Positions 24,130 through 39,800 of a DNA stretch of 64,000 bases are shown here, in pieces. The first letter of the stretch is position 1. Every line of letters begins with the position of its first letter. A program made the position numbers and the translations under genes. Source of the stretch: Apus apus (taxonomy: Eukaryota); NCBI RefSeq assembly GCF_020740795.1, contig NC_067282.1:18089172-18153171 (forward strand). The letters are read 5' to 3'. The notes beneath the pieces are model-generated. The model ran no database searches, was not told the origin of the DNA, and worked only from the letters and a program-made list of their open reading frames with translations.

Positions 24130-27100
24130 GGTATTTGTAGTGAGCAGGAACACAGCAAATATTAATTTTCAATGTAACAGACTCTGAATCCTCTTCATTG
24201 CTATGATAAAAGCTTTTCTTGAAGCTCAAAGTGGGTATGGTGCCAAGCAAAATGAACCTGAGACACCCTAAAAGGCTAATGGCAGGATAAATGTGCCTAT
24301 TCTGAACAGATCCATCATGCTCAGACTGACTGATACTGTGCATAGATTGTGCCATTATCAAGGAAAATGGAAAACCCGCTCCTAGTACAACCTATCTCAA
24401 GTAACACATATTCCAGCTTAAAAGTACTCTCACTGCAGCCTTTCCAATACACAGCTGCTGTGCAAGACAAGCTCCGAGCTGCCAGAGCTGTCAAACAGCT
24501 GTGACAACCCACAACACAAAGGACATTTGACATTTTCTTTGCACGCTGCTGCTATGCAGCTCCACTGGCTGGACTGACAGAAATGGCTGGGTTTTTTAAT
24601 TATATTTTTTTAACACGCTTTTTGGTGGCTACTGTAACAAAGAGCTTCCCCCCTCTATGTCCCTCCATTTCCCCCTTTATTTTACATCTACTTTAAAAAT
24701 TACCTAGCAACACAGAACAGCATTTGACTTCCACTGAAGTGGACCATAGGACATTTTGCACCAGCAGGCATAGGTATCATTTTGAGAGTAGCAGAGCCAC
24801 TATCCATCACACAGAAAGGAAGAACTCCAATGCCGAGCTGTTCTCAGGAAAACACACAATCCCTTGTGGCCATTTATTTGGGGTTTCCAAAGGGAACCCG
24901 AGATGATCCGCAGAGCTGTGTTCATGTTTGCATTTGTTGAGATTTACCTATCAAAAGGTAACAGATAACAACGTTGGCTACTGACGTACTAACAGAAGAT
25001 ACAGTGCTAGACATTTTTAATGGTCAAGCAATCCTTTCCTCCTCATTCTATGATTCTTCTCTGAGTTTTCAGTCAAGTCTGGACTAACCTGCTCACCTTA
25101 ATCATGAGTAGCCTCTGCTGAGGTCACAAGCACACATTTGCAGAAAAAAAAACATCAGAAAGTAAATCAGTTGTCACCTGGGCATCACTGAGTAGCTGCC
25201 AGGGATTACAGGAAAGAAACCACAACATTTCCCAATCTTACGTTCCTCAAATTCTCCCTGAGAGCTTGCAGACAGCTAAGAAGCAAGCATTTATGGGAAA
25301 AAGTGAACATTACCAAATGAAGGCTCAAAAGGAAAGTTCCTAGAAATGGAACAGCAAATAACCACTTGTACTGACCCAGCGAGGCATTACATTTCCTCGC
25401 CATTTTATATCTAGCTCACTATTTTCAGTTGATAAGCTACAGGTTATCTGAAGTCAGTATGTTACACAGAATGAGGAATGTGAATGTAGTAATATTCCTC
25501 TTCTGGAACCAGATTTAAAAACAAACAAAAGGTGGCAGTGACTAATGGCTAGGTAATAAACCAGTACGAGTGACAGCACTATGATCAAGGGACATTCATT
25601 TTTTTGTTTTGCCTGGATTGCAAAACTTCACTCATACAGAAGTTGAATTATTTCTTCAGTATTTGGGAAATGATGAGCATGTCTGAAAACATTTAAATAG
25701 AAAGGACAAAGATTTAATCTGTGTGGCTTAAACAAGATCTGAATTTGAAGACAGTGAAATTTACAAGTATTTTGTAAATTTAATACAAATTGTCCATTTG
25801 CAAGTCAGTTTGTTCCTACAAGTAAGATCATATACTTAACCTTTTTTTTTAAAAAAAAATATTCCCTACCATTTCAAAGAAGTTTAGATTTGATCAGCAG
25901 AAGGGAATTAAGTCTTTGATTTAACATTACTCAGGCTTCTATTGCACAGGGTAAATGTGTGTTATATTTTATATATATATTATACATATACACTGAATTT
26001 TTGAAAAATGTTGTGAACTGTGAGACTCTAGTCGTGCAAAACCATTAAAATAATCCTTTGTGAAACAGCAACTCAGTCCCCTATTTTTAACACAGTCTCC
26101 TCCCCCGCAGTGCTCACTAAACGTTGCCGTGTCAAGCTGAGGAATCTGTAACACCAGAAGAGCTGGCTCATCAGTGATTTTCATAATCATCCATTCTACA
26201 TATGTTGTCATTAATGCAGCAGAAATGCCTTCAGATATTCGTATTTCTACTTTTAATGACTGTGTTCATGCTGAGCAGCTTGGAAAACCATCCAAGTAAC
26301 AGTGTAACTTTCTCCATTCAAAACTCACAGGCCCCCTTACAGAGATGGGAAGTTCCTGAGTATTTTTTTATACTTTACCTTACCAGGAACAGCTAAGAAG
26401 TACAAAACTGTTGGAAGGAGCAAGGGAATAACCTTTGACCCTCATCATCTCTTTCGCCTAGAAATAATGATGTATAGATGTGACTTCACCAATTAATAAA
26501 GAAAACTTAAGAAACCTGGCAGATCAAAAGCATCTGAAGCCATTGCATCACTCAGCATTGGAAGTTACAGTTAACATTTAATGAGCTTGTTTTATGTTAG
26601 GTTCTAGAGATTCTGAGTGAGTTCAGCTATGACAGATACTTATGGCTTATTTATGTAGAGAAGTTTGCTGTAAACTAGATATAGCTGAAGTAGCCCAGCT
26701 AGTGAGAAGCAGCATCGGTATTGCTCTACTTCAGCAGAAGTCAGGATTTCATTGAACACACACTGTGCAAAATGGTTTATGGTTATGCAACCTGAGAGAA
26801 TCACTAAGAAAATTTTAGAGACATTTAAACAGGCAGTTGTATTAATATTTACTTAGATTTCAAATTACTTTAAGTTGTTTAAAAGTAGCAAAAAATAGTA
26901 TAGGCAAAGCCTGAGAAAGTTTTCTCAGAGTTTTAAGACTCTGCATTATAGAAAAATACTCATGTATCATTGAGACTTGATGACCTCACTAGTTTGAGGA
27001 TATTTTGGATCTTCCAAAAACTAGTGGGGAATCTACTTTCTAGGGAAACTTCCTAGATTGTGCATAATCCAACTTACTCTAATGTAAAAAAACCAACGAA

Positions 27101-27596
27101 AACCACAACATAATTCCCAAGGAATTGTGAAATTCACCCATCAACAGCACATTTACTTCTGAAGTGTTCACTTCTGCTTTACACAACTTCACACAACACT
27201 CCCCATTCCCTCAGATAGGTAGGGATTCCTTACCTGTCATTTTTGCAGCAGGTGCCAAGTTAGGCCAATGACCTAACCTCCTCCTCCAAAATATTGACAG
27301 CAGAATTGATTATCTTTGTGGGACTAAAATGTCTGAAGCCATAGAACTGTGCTGGGGGAAAGGGCAGGGCAAACTGTGGTCGCATGGTCCTTATAAAGAG
27401 CAACAACTCAAGATTCATTCAAAGAGCTTTCATCTTTGCTGTGCTTCAGTTAAAAATGTAAAATTTAGTATTAAGCAATACATCCATCTAAATTGAAATA
27501 AAACCTAGTAAGGAAGCATTCAAATACATGAGCACGTCATAGGATTTTAATCTTAATTCATAAAAAGTTCAGTAAAGTCAAAGCTTTATTTCAGTG

Positions 27597-27846
27597 ACAG
27601 AATCACAGAAGGGTTAATGTTGGAAGGGATCTCTGCATGCCATCTGGTCCAACCCCCCTGCTTAATCAGGGCCACCCAGAGCCCCATGTCCAGATGGCTT
27701 TTGAATATCTCCACAGGTGGAGACTCCACAACCTCCCTGGGCATTCTGTGCCACTGCTCAGTCACCCTCACTTAAAAATGTGTTTCCTGATTTTCAGAGG
27801 CAGCCTCCTGTGTTTCAGTTTGTGCCCATAGTCTCTGGTCTTGTCA
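27597..27846 (-). mobile_element. CR1 3'-end fragment (minus orientation), intergenic
   Basis: It has the same antisense CR1 tail signature: cacagaagggttaatgttggaagggatctc..catctggtccaacccccctgc..atgtccagatggcttttgaatatctccacaggtggagactccacaacctccctgggcattctgtgccactgctcagtcaccctcac..gtttcagtttgtgcccatagtctct. Confidence 0.75.
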
Positions 27847-30800
27847 AAGGACTTGGTAATTCACTGTGCCATTAAGTCATTTCCTTCCTGTGATAACTCT
27901 TCTGCCTGACAATTTTTATCTCTGATTACTTGGTAACCAATACAGAACACCAACTTCCAGCTTCCACCATAATAAAGCCATAATAGGTAGAAAAAATAAA
28001 ATCTTACATTAGATTTGAAATACTCAGGAAACGGAATCTGTATTTTGAGACAAACACAACAGAACAGCATTAAGAAACGGCAAGATTATCCTGCAAATGC
28101 TCTATCACATACTCATCCACTGACAAAAACTTACCTGTTTATGAAAAAAAAAAACAGAAGTGTTGAATAAAGGTGCCATTTCTCATGAAAACTTGTTTTG
28201 TAGAGATGAAGGCATTTACAGATCTGTTTCAATATGAAACTAGTCCTTGCAACAAACCAAGCCTGCACTTGTCCAGTTTAAGCAATTACTATTCAGACCT
28301 GGGCCGAAAATTGTGCCCAACTCCACCCAGTAACCTCCAAAAACTTTTAAGGCAGAGTAAGCAGTGAACTCAACCATGTAAAACTGAAGAGCAGAGATTC
28401 TCTACTTGCTACTGTTGTACAAGATTCATCATCTGGCAAGCTGGGATTCAAACCTGGCTTTTTGTCCTTCACTTGCACCACTGGGCATATACCCGATGCT
28501 GCACTATGATTTATCTCAACTTCCCGTTACCTTTTTTCTGTCCTTATTTTAGCAAACCAGCTACTACCTGTAAGATAAAGTTATTTTTAAAAAAAACATT
28601 AAGCCTCAGCTTTCATATACATAGAGATAAGGAAGTACCTGCAAACATGTAATGAAGGGACTGAAAAGCACAATGTTAGGAGTAATTTCAAGTTTGAGTA
28701 ACAGATTTAACTATGAGGCATCTCAGCATGTGTTAGGAATACTATTAAAATTTACCCTTCTACCATATACCCCCCTTAAAAGACACCCCAGTTGGCTACC
28801 ACTTTCTTCACTTGAGAACAAAAAAATACAAAGGCCTTAAAGTGATGGAACCACATTTCCACAGGACTAAGCAAAGACCATTTGGTAAGAAACAGGGAAC
28901 TTCCTTTTGTTCTCATCTTACATACAGGCAGTCGGCACAATATTAAGGACTAAAATATTTTTAATTTAAGAGCTTGACTGTTGGCACTATTTTTCATCAT
29001 GGCTCATTAGAATTTCAAGATGCAAGCTCATACTATTATTCTCACATTAAAAATTGACATTTAAAAATAAATTATCAAAATCCTGTCAGGTGACAAATTT
29101 GTAACTATCAACAAGTAACAAGAAAATGGTTATGAACACGGACTATAACACAGAAGTTATGTCAATTACCTGTTTGTGACTTTTGATGTACACAAGGAAA
29201 ACACATCCTTCTAACACCCTACAAGCACCATTTGCTATGTCTTGGAAAAAAGCAACTCCACACAAGCAAGCAGCAGCTTCTCCAGCGAAGTCCGCATTTC
29301 AAAGCAAAGCTCGGCGTACTGATTCATTACTGTCTTTGAAAGGTTAACAGAACATTTACCTGTTATCAGACTCTTCCACTAATTTTTACAGACCATCTTC
29401 AAAAATTTCACAGTTTACTCTCCTATTCTGCTCAGCCTTGTTCTTGCCTTCTTGTAATTTTATTTCCATCTTCTTCTTTAACAACCTATTTAGGTCAATT
29501 TATTTTCGTTCTGAGTTCTGCAAAATCTCACATCTGATCAGCATCTGATTGCTGAGTGTGCTCTGCAGGGTACATTTGTGCATAAATATTGAGAGACTCT
29601 AGTTTACACCACACTTTGTAAACTAAGTGCAGCTATCCAAATAGTTTAAAGATGAACCTCAGCACCTGAATGCAGAACCCAGGTCATTGCATCTTTATTA
29701 CAAAATTAGGTAATCAGTCTGAAGTAATCATCCAACAGATTTATCTTCTGTAACACACCTTGAATTATCAAAAGAATTTGTGCCATTGACAATACAAGTG
29801 TAACCTGTTCCTATTTTTTTAAAAAAACTGTTTATAATATTTCTTAAGTCTCTACTCAAGCTTGCTCAGACCAATACCTCAATGAAAAAAACACATTTAT
29901 AATTCATGAAAGGTTACACTTGAAAGCACACTGCAATGACTGAAAGCATGTAATCAAGACTGTGGCTGGCAAGAACAAATGCTGGTTTAAGCACTCCATG
30001 ACTACACCTTCAACCACCAACTACAGTAGCTGCCACTGTGTGACTGAAATTTGCTCAGGAGAAGAGATGAAGACTTCGACAAGCATCCTTGTAGCCATAA
30101 AAGAGCTTAATTAACTGAGTCAGGTGAAGCAACTGCTGAAACAACTGAAGTCACTACCATAGCTAAAGCCTGGGAAGGCTGCAAGAGTCGTGTAGCTGTA
30201 CATGGACCCATCAGCAGATAGGCTACATCAGGTCCAGACTGTTCAACTGCCCAGATTTATCACTGTGGCAAGATAATTATGTACTCCATAAACTTCAATC
30301 CTGGTAGTCCTATTATTGCTTTGTGACAATCAAGGCAAAAATGACATTTTCCTGCAATAAGAGCAGGACCAGATTTGGGCAACATTTGTTTATAATCAGG
30401 AGCTCTCTAAATTTGTACTAGAAGCTCTCTATTGGAAGCATCAGTACTCTATTTGAACTTTAGTCCTTCCCCAGCACAATTTTGTCTTGTATATTTTAGC
30501 ATTTCCCTGCATGTCAATAAAGTTCCACCTCTGTTCCTTTAAGGTGACATAGACAAAAGCTAAAAATATAACATAATTAAGCCCATGCCCCAGTAATATT
30601 ACTCCTCTCCATATCTTATTGAAACACAGGCTTTCAAACTTATTTTGTCAATTAAAGCTCGTGTTCTTTTTCCATGTTTACACTGAACTAGTTTTTTTTA
30701 TACCAGAACTCTTAAAACACGTAAGAATTTTAGATTAAGTTTATCAAGAATCCTATTTAGGGTTTTTTAATTCTATTTTAATTATAATTTGAAAGCTTCC

Positions 30801-33800
30801 AAATTTTTAGAAGAAACAAAGATGAGGTCAAATCACATCTTCATGCTTTTCCACATTACTATCTCCCCCATCTGTAAATCAATGAAGAGCACTTACCTAC
30901 TTTTACTTTTCCATATTAGTATTTCCACACACCTATGAGTCAAGAAAGGGTACTTCTCTACTTTTTAAAGTTGTCACATATTATGTCACTTATTGTGTAC
31001 TGATTTACACAAAAGAGAAGCTTTAACTTTAAATTAATCCAGATCAAAAGTTGGTTTTTTTTCCCCACCCCTCAGGAAGAGCATAAATCCTTTTAAACAA
31101 CAGAACAGGTTAAGAATACATACATGATATTCATATAATAACAAAACACATATGGAGAGATATGTAATGACTTGCTAAATCACATAAAGAACTGTGCTTA
31201 CTGTGCATCTGACATTTGATTATTTCCTTCAACTCATTTCCATCAAGTTCAGTATTACAATCCCCAAATAAAGTTTTATACAGCTCACATCTTCCACAGC
31301 ACCACAAAAAGTTAAAGCTTTTTTGTAATACAGGAAAACCTGGAATACAGAATAGGAAACCAAGTCCTACATGAAATGGGTAAGGATACCCAGATCAGGC
31401 CAATGACAATCTTGAAAGATTAATTATTTAACCAAGTCCCATAGTGTATGTCACAATACATTCTGACATCACTGCTAAAGCTTTGCAGAAGACTGAAGAA
31501 TTTTCACCATAACACTAACAGAAAGTTAGGGATGAGTCACCATGTCCTCAGTGTCAGCACAGTCAAAGATTTAGAGTTCAAATACTTCTTGAATATGTAA
31601 GACCTCTAGTAAATAAAGTTTTCCATCGCCTTTAAAGACATACCATTCAGCTTCCTTGACACTGGGCAGATTTTGAGGGTACCAGATTCTCAAACTATTT
31701 TTTAATAAAAAATAAAATATTAAGAAGATTCTAAATTACCAGTTTTCTCACCGGAAATCTCAAGAATCAAGCCACATACCATAAGCAATCCCTTACCCTC
31801 TCCCAAAAATCTAGATGAACACTTTCAAACCTGTAAGTACTTCTGTGACTACTACAGCAATAAAGCAGAAATGCAAATTCAGTATCATAGTTCTGGGCAT
31901 TTCCCCAAAATATCATACACCTGGGAAATTCAGGTTTATGGTTCACTGCAAGAAGAAGATATATGAAATAATTCATTTCAAAGGTAGTATGAATAATGCT
32001 CAAGATCTGATTTTATCCCACTAGGCTTAAAAACACAACATATTATCAGTCTTTGGTAACTACTATCACTTGAATTATTCTATTTCTGATATTCAGAAAT
32101 ACCCATGCTACTATCTCCAATAAATTACATGTGCCTAACTGAACCACTACTAAGATGGAAGTAATTAATTAATACCTGTAACTGGGTAAAATAAGATAAA
32201 TTTTATTACTGATTCAGTCTTTATAACAAACAGTTTTGTGTAATGGTCCCAATTTCAAGAGTAAAACAATGCACGTCCAGTAACATACTGCAACTCAAAA
32301 CAAGAGCATGATTTCTTCACAGATTTGTACTTTCCCCCTTGCTCCAGTGAATTGACTTATGCTCACACAATTCTGAAGTTTCACTTTAAAAATTATGAAA
32401 CTCAAACTACTTTTTATGTTTAATACAACTTGGGGAGTTACAGTACTATTCAGAGCAAACATCAAGTCATTTGTAATTAACTGGCTTGTACACATGCTTA
32501 TGATTAAGACCAGATTATCTGTGGAAACTAAACTCAGCAATTTTTTTTTTTTATCTTTAAGTCAAGTGGGCTGTAAGCAGGAAAAAATCTAGATGTAGTC
32601 ATGCATGATAGTATACCAAGTGATTTTATTCTCCTGAGCCAGCTGTCATTTTAGAAGCAGTAGAGGCATCCAGGACTTCCATTTACTTTCCTAATAAGCA
32701 CATTTTCATGACTTGCTACTTCTTCCCCATATGCAATAGAAAAAGTATATTTTGCACAAAACATAGAGTGAACACAAAAGAGAAAGCAAGCTTTGAAATG
32801 AAAAAAAAACCCTAAATATTACATAATTAACAAGTGCTCTAGTACCCCCCTTCTACAGACATTTGCATTCAGCAGTGTGAAAAATGTATGAAACTATACA
32901 TGACTATGATGTGAGAATGATGCTGAACATGCATTAAGTGATGGTACAAAAACTACACAAATGATAACATGGCAACAATAAACTGGCACATATACCAAAA
33001 TGGTTCTAGAAGAACAGCCATCCCCACTGCCATTTTAAATGAGGAATTTGATAGATGACAATTATTTCATACATTTTCTTTCAAAACTCTCAGCAGTGAG
33101 TTTTTTAAATCTAGTAATTGCACTCTTCACACACTAAGGCAGAAACTTTATTTATATTATTTGACACAGCTCTGGTTCTGAAAATGTCAGATGTCCTCAG
33201 CCATTTGCTACTGATGCAATGCTGGAAGTTATAGAAGCACAATGTTCATAACAGAACAAAAATTAACTACCATTTCATTATTAAAGTTTTCTTTCTGTGC
33301 CTTCTGGAAAAAGCTTTTTGAAGTTGAGTGAAACATGCTCTGTTCCTTGAAATTGTACCATAATATATGGAAAAATGTAGTGCTATCATATCAAAGAATT
33401 AAGAACATCAGCACTTTAAAAGACAGAATTTCCCATCTTTGTAACTGCAGTTTACGTATTTTCTTCTAAGAAAGAAATACACATAAATAGTCTTGCTTTC
33501 TAAAGCAACTGTGTATATAATCTTTTCCAAAGAAATCATTAGCACAATTTTCCATATTTTACTGACTTGCATGTAAACCTTCTTGGCAACTGCAGAAAGT
33601 GATCAAAAGCTCAGGTATCATTTGGCTCAGCATTTTAGTTTACATTTTTTGTCTTCATTATTTCAAATACTTGCCCCTCTTGGGCCAACTATCACTACAA
33701 ATTTAACTAAAGCCTCAACATATTCTTACCTATTTGTTCTGTCTTAGAAGCACTGAAAAGCCATCCAAACTCACTGAACGAGAACACATATGAACTACAT

Positions 33801-36800
33801 TCTCTACATGGTATGTAGATCAGCACAAACTAACCTATGCCAACAGAGTTAAGAAGAGTCTTGCTCTGCTGCCCACTCCTTGCTGTTCTTTCCTTCCACA
33901 CTGAACTAAGCAGAGTCTGTAATTTTCACTGGGTTTCTTTTACCCTGCTCACTGCATGGGCAGAGATGCAAGTTGGCACAAGGTAGGCAGGAAGCAGGAC
34001 AAAGCAGCAAGGAAGTCAAAGGGCTATTCCTATCTGCAGCAATCCATGTACTCCTTTTTTGTTCTAAATATGCACACAAAGATCTCTAATTTCCCATTAG
34101 CATAAAAATATTTAAAACATTCATAAGCAGCTTGAAAGACCATTCCCAGCTGGCACTTCAAAGATTGCATTCTACAGTACAGTAATACCTGGTTTATGCA
34201 GAGATTTTTCCTGTAACTTTACACTAGATTTAAATATTGAAAGCTTAGTTACGTTGCTGCAGAGTAAATCCTTTAACAGCAAATGGTGAACACTAATAGA
34301 GCTCTTAAAATGAAAAACACATTAAAATGCCTGAAACACCTACAGAAAACAGCTGCAAAAAGAATTCAAATAAATCCTTGTGATGATTGTTACATCTTTT
34401 TAGATTTATTACATTTCCTTTTCAATCTTGCTTAAGTATATGTAGTAAAGAACTAAAACCTGTTTTGCTTGGAGAGGGTTAGGCATTAGGCTAGTTTTGA
34501 TTTTTTGGGAGGGGTGTTTTGGTGTTTCTTTCAAACACTCACTTAGAAATAAGATTACTTTCACATATATAAAAAATATGACAGTGAAATTAAGGCAGAA
34601 AACCTAATGAAAAGTTCTTAATCCTATCCCATAATTACTATTAAATATTCACTACTTTACTTCCTTTACACCATCTTCTGTTTGGTGCTTCTCTGGCTAA
34701 GACACACGTGTAAGTTCGGGTTCTGACTGGTTTGATGAGAGGCTAACAATGTGAAAATCAGTCGTTTCATACTTACAACAACATGAGACAGTTGCTGTAT
34801 TTAGCCACAAAAGTCAAGTCCTACAGAACAACTTCATAACAACACAGAAGAAATACATCCAACTGCAGTGACCCCATCCCATGTCCCATGAATATTAAAA
34901 TGTTTCAGACCATCAATTCATTCCAGTTTGTCGGATATTCCTTGGCCATCTGCACAGCACTAAACTCCGAAGTTTCAAAAAAATCCAAGGCATTAATGTA
35001 ACTGGTATTTCCATCTTTTCCATTAAAAATTATTTAGTTTGTGGTTTTCATATATAACAAATTTTATTTTTGTGAATCTGCAGATATAACATTAAACCAC
35101 ATTTCTCCCATTTTCATTATGTTACTTTATTCCCCTCTCCCCATCTTCTTTCAATTTACATACAGGACTCTTCACACTTATTCCTGCTCAAGGTTCTATT
35201 TTACTGAGAAATCAAAAGGCAAGAACAGTATCTTTATTCTCACTGTGCTTCTTCCCAGTCAAGCACTTCACATCCCACATACAGTTAAGCATGTAAATTC
35301 AAATTATACAGCTATGCTTTACTCTACAGAAATTAAGATATAAAAGCACACTACTAAAGCTAGGAACAACAGCCACTCTAGACAAACCATTTACCAAAAC
35401 AAATGGAAAAAACGTATCAACACTTGGATGCAGTAACACAGTTAAGTTCCTTTTGAATCTCATACCTCTTATTATGAGCATTTTGTCCTCTATTTGAGTA
35501 ACTACATAAAAACCAGTTAAGCTTTTACCCACATCTACCCAGGTACTTTTTTCTTTTAATATTTTTTGAAACAATCATCATATGAAAGCAATTTTTTAAA
35601 TTGGCTTTACCTGTAAAGTATGTTATGCTTATCTCTGAACTTTAAAGTTTTCGGAATAGTTCCTTCAATTAGGAAAAATTGGTTGTTGTTCTAAACTGCT
35701 TTCCTGAGGAAACACATCTCTTACTGCTTTCAGAAGTCAGGCTGAAGTCATTAATACGCCTACCGTCACATTTAAATTATATTACTTTTCATAGTTGCTC
35801 AAGGAAGTTCAAGATGGAAAAGACCTATTAAATGTCTGAAAACTAACTTAAACACACTGAGGGCTTGTTTCCATGCGTTTAAAAACATTAGAAGTATTGT
35901 TTTCATGAAAATTCAATGTTCAGTTTATCTATTCTACAACTTACATTTCAGACATAAAACTTCATTTTTATAAACGTCGGTATTCCATGGATTACTGTGA
36001 AAACAAACCTGAAATGCCTACAGCTATGATTTTTAAAGTGTTTTATTGTGAAAACCCCAAAACTATTAACAAGACAGATTTCTTCATAACAGCAGACCAC
36101 CAGATTTGTGAGACCACCTACTGAGACTAAGTAGATTTTTACAGTATATCCCAAAAGACAACAAAAAGCCAAACCAATGGAAAAAGATTTTACCTGCAAG
36201 CTTTCAATCAACCCTTCTATTGACAAGTTGTCACATTTCATTGAATGGATTCTTAAGAAAACAAAGGCTTCTGGGATAATGCAGAGGACCATTTGCCACT
36301 AAACTATCACTGAATAGCCAATAATCTAAAGGAGTAATGTCCAGCCTCTGTATTTTCCATAGGCCACACTCCCTCTCTCTTCACTATTCAAGAATCAGGG
36401 AAGTTTGGATAGATATTCCCTCATGCTAGGAGTGAGCTAACAGCCCATGAAAAGCATCAAATCCCAACATGGTTCTGCATTTTAGGATAGCACAGTGCCC
36501 AAATTAATAAATTCAGGACTCTTGAGAAGACAAATTCCATTTTAAATGTGTGCTCTCCCAAGTTCCCCAGTCTTGGTCCCAAGCACAAGCTAACAAGAGA
36601 TGCTGGATGCACTCTGTAAAACTACCTATGATATACCACAACTTCAAGTCTCAGGAATGGGACTGAGAATCCATTTATATTGCAGTCTAATATTAACTGA
36701 TTCCATTCGTTGCTACCCAGCCCTCCCTACCATTTTAGTAGTTCAATTACAGTTTACTTTAACTTGTCTTCACTAAGAACTACAATCCAACTTATTATAC

Positions 36801-39800
36801 AAAAATTATATACTAAGTATACAAAGAAATCAGCTTCCACAACGTATTTATGTTAAATGAGCTTCATGCCATGAAAGCACACCACTCATTTGCTGAACAT
36901 CTCAGCTCAAAGCATATCCTCCCCCTTCAAAAACCCCACTGGGTTTTGTTTTTCACTTGAGAATCTTCCTTTAGATCAAGTCATTTTGTCATTTCTGAGC
37001 CAAGTTATTTTGAGGCAGGCTGTGACTGTTTAACAATCCGTACTTCACAAAAGTCAATGCATTTGTATTTAGTATATGTCAAAAGAATTTGTAATTACAG
37101 ATTAATTTATTTTTCAAGTTAAAAAATCCAAAATCAAAGATGGAGAAGGGGAAAAATAGCTTGGTATAACATTTTAAAATATGACAGCACACTTTAGATC
37201 AGAATGCTCCTCAAAGGATGCATACATATACAGATAAAATTCTGTTGGATTACAGTTAAAATTAATGTAACATTTAGTTCATACTGTCTTCTTACCATCT
37301 ATGTAAACCTTTTGTTCTAATGAAAGTCTCCAGTTCATTGTACATTTATGTCCAATTGGATAAAACAGATGTGGACAATGATAAAGCAACTTAAGGTGAG
37401 GAATTTTCTTACTTAGAAATCCATAGCAATTTTTAAGTATTTTCTAAGGAAAGAAACACAGTTAACTGAATCTGAATCGGCACCAAGCTTGCCAAGCTTT
37501 ATCTAATTTATCTAGTGCTTTATCTAATGAGCATGCTGGACAGAACTACAACGAAATTAACTCACAACCAACCAAAATGAATTTAATTTTTTCAAGTGCC
37601 AAATACCTCCCCTTCAAATGGCTGAGGTGACAAATGCAAATGCAGTTAGACAAATTGGCTTCTAGTTGTGTGATTTTTTTTTTTTACTTAAATGGAATAG
37701 AAAAGCTTTGTTATCTTTAAGTATTAAAATTGTATCTCACATCAAAACTAAGCAGTTTAGACTGACATTTTGGGAATAATTAAAAACTCAGCACAACCTA
37801 AAAATGAGTGCACTGTAGTTGTTAACTTTATATCCTTTCCAAGCTTATGTTTTATCATAGCTCATAGCAGAGAGAGTCAGGACTTCACTTTGCTTTCTAG
37901 TCTAACAGAACAAAGGCCATTAAAAACTTAAGTACATGTGTACACAGAAAAAAATATAAACTGATCGGCCAGATAAGGAACAAGAAAGATCAATTACTTC
38001 CAGCACATGGGCAGTACTTTTAATCAATAATCTTGCCTCTATATGCAATTTTTAGGAACTAAACTGGGATTATACCTTTCCTAACAAAATTATGTGTTGA
38101 TTGTTTAGCTAGAGTCAGTTACTACCTTATTTGACAAAATGAAAATCACTGCCTTTAGCACTGAGATGAACACAGTCATGGCCAGGCAGCCCTACAACTA
38201 AAGTTATGAAGAGCTGAATTTGACAGCCTGTCATCAGCTACAAAAATTCTTCATTAAGTCTTTGTGGCCAAAGTGTGGCCAAATTCAACATTTCAGTATT
38301 TAAGGCTTGGTTCATAAATATTTAAGAAGAGATTAGATGACTTTCTGCAATAAGGACAGCAGACAAACCCACTGCTACCATGCAGCAGAGCCCTCTGAGT
38401 GAAGAGTTTTACAGAAAGAGTAGCTCAAAACTGTGGAATAACAATCACTAATAACAATTAAAATCCACAGTAATTTTCAAATACATACATAATGCTGCTT
38501 GGTAGCAAAAACACAGTGTAACAAAAGCATTTAAAATAGCATGAGGCTGGCAAAAGAATAAATGACTTATTGCAGACTTGGTATGTTTAACGTACTTCTG
38601 TGAAACATACTCAGGTACTACAACAGGGTGATGGTCTATATACCTAAAGAAATACACAGAAGTTAGCCAGCAGGCCTGAATGACACAGTCTTTTCATTTG
38701 AAAAACGGAACAGACCTCTTGAATCCAATTCAAACTGTATTAGAACATGTTCCCCTTATGGCCTTACAGTTTAGAATTACCAGCTCACACCAGTACTTTA
38801 TCAATCACCATAAAAAAATGCCATGTACAAGGGCAGAAAAGATGAGATAGAAGTCATCTAATCACCTTACTAGACACTGATGTAAACTGCATTTTAAACT
38901 GAATGCAGCAGACCAAAGCAGAGAATTTCAGTAGTTGCTATATGCACAAACTAGTTCACACCTAGTGAAAACCGAGCGATTTTCCCAAATGTTGAGTTTT
39001 AGGAATAACGTGCTAACCCAAACAAGTTGCAAGGTGTTTTGTTTTTTTTAAGAATGAAGCTTGAAGCATGGATCAAGCAGGAGAAAGAGAACTACAGACT
39101 TTAAACCTAACTTGGTATTGCGTTACTAACCATTAAGTGTGGCATGTATCTCGAGCAAAAAATGGCAACATTAAAGACAAGTCTAAAGGAAAATGCTCAA
39201 CAGTTAAAGGAGGTACACATGTGATAACTCCTGAACTGTAAGAAATAATATCTTAAAGCCATATATACTGGCAATTTAAATAACGGGGTACTTCTAGAAT
39301 GCCAACAATGCCTCAATTCTCCTGTTACCATTTGCTCACAATTCAATTCACCAAGACCATCACTGCTATATTAGGTAACACATGCATGGGCTCTCTGCTT
39401 CTTGCACCCTGTGCTTTGAGCCACATACACAGCATTCTGATTTAATTAGGGGACCATGTTATCACAAACCTGGTTTTAGTCCATTTAGTATCACTATTCA
39501 TGCAGAGAAATTTTAGTAATTTCTATTTCTGAAAAAGAGAGTGAAATGATAAAAAAAGAAACACTAATATTTTACAACTATTTTGCACAGTAAAAAAGCA
39601 ACAGTAACCAAAAATATCATCTACTTTCTTGCCATACAGGAATAGAACCAATAGGTCTTTTCCATCATCTTCCATGACCAAAAAAATCTGAATCATATTA
39701 CAGAATCTTAAGCTTACAAAATATTAAGCTTTTTAGTCGCATTATCACCAGTTTTATTTCAAGACTCCATCAGCAAATCTAGCCTGAGTTTTGCTGAAAA

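Noticed and set aside
28430-28500. tRNA T-arm-like motif (gctgggattcaaacctggc) suggesting a tRNA or SINE
   Set aside because: Only the T-loop-like hairpin is present. No acceptor or anticodon stems or A/B box spacing can be built. It is more likely chance or a degraded tRNA-derived SINE remnant.
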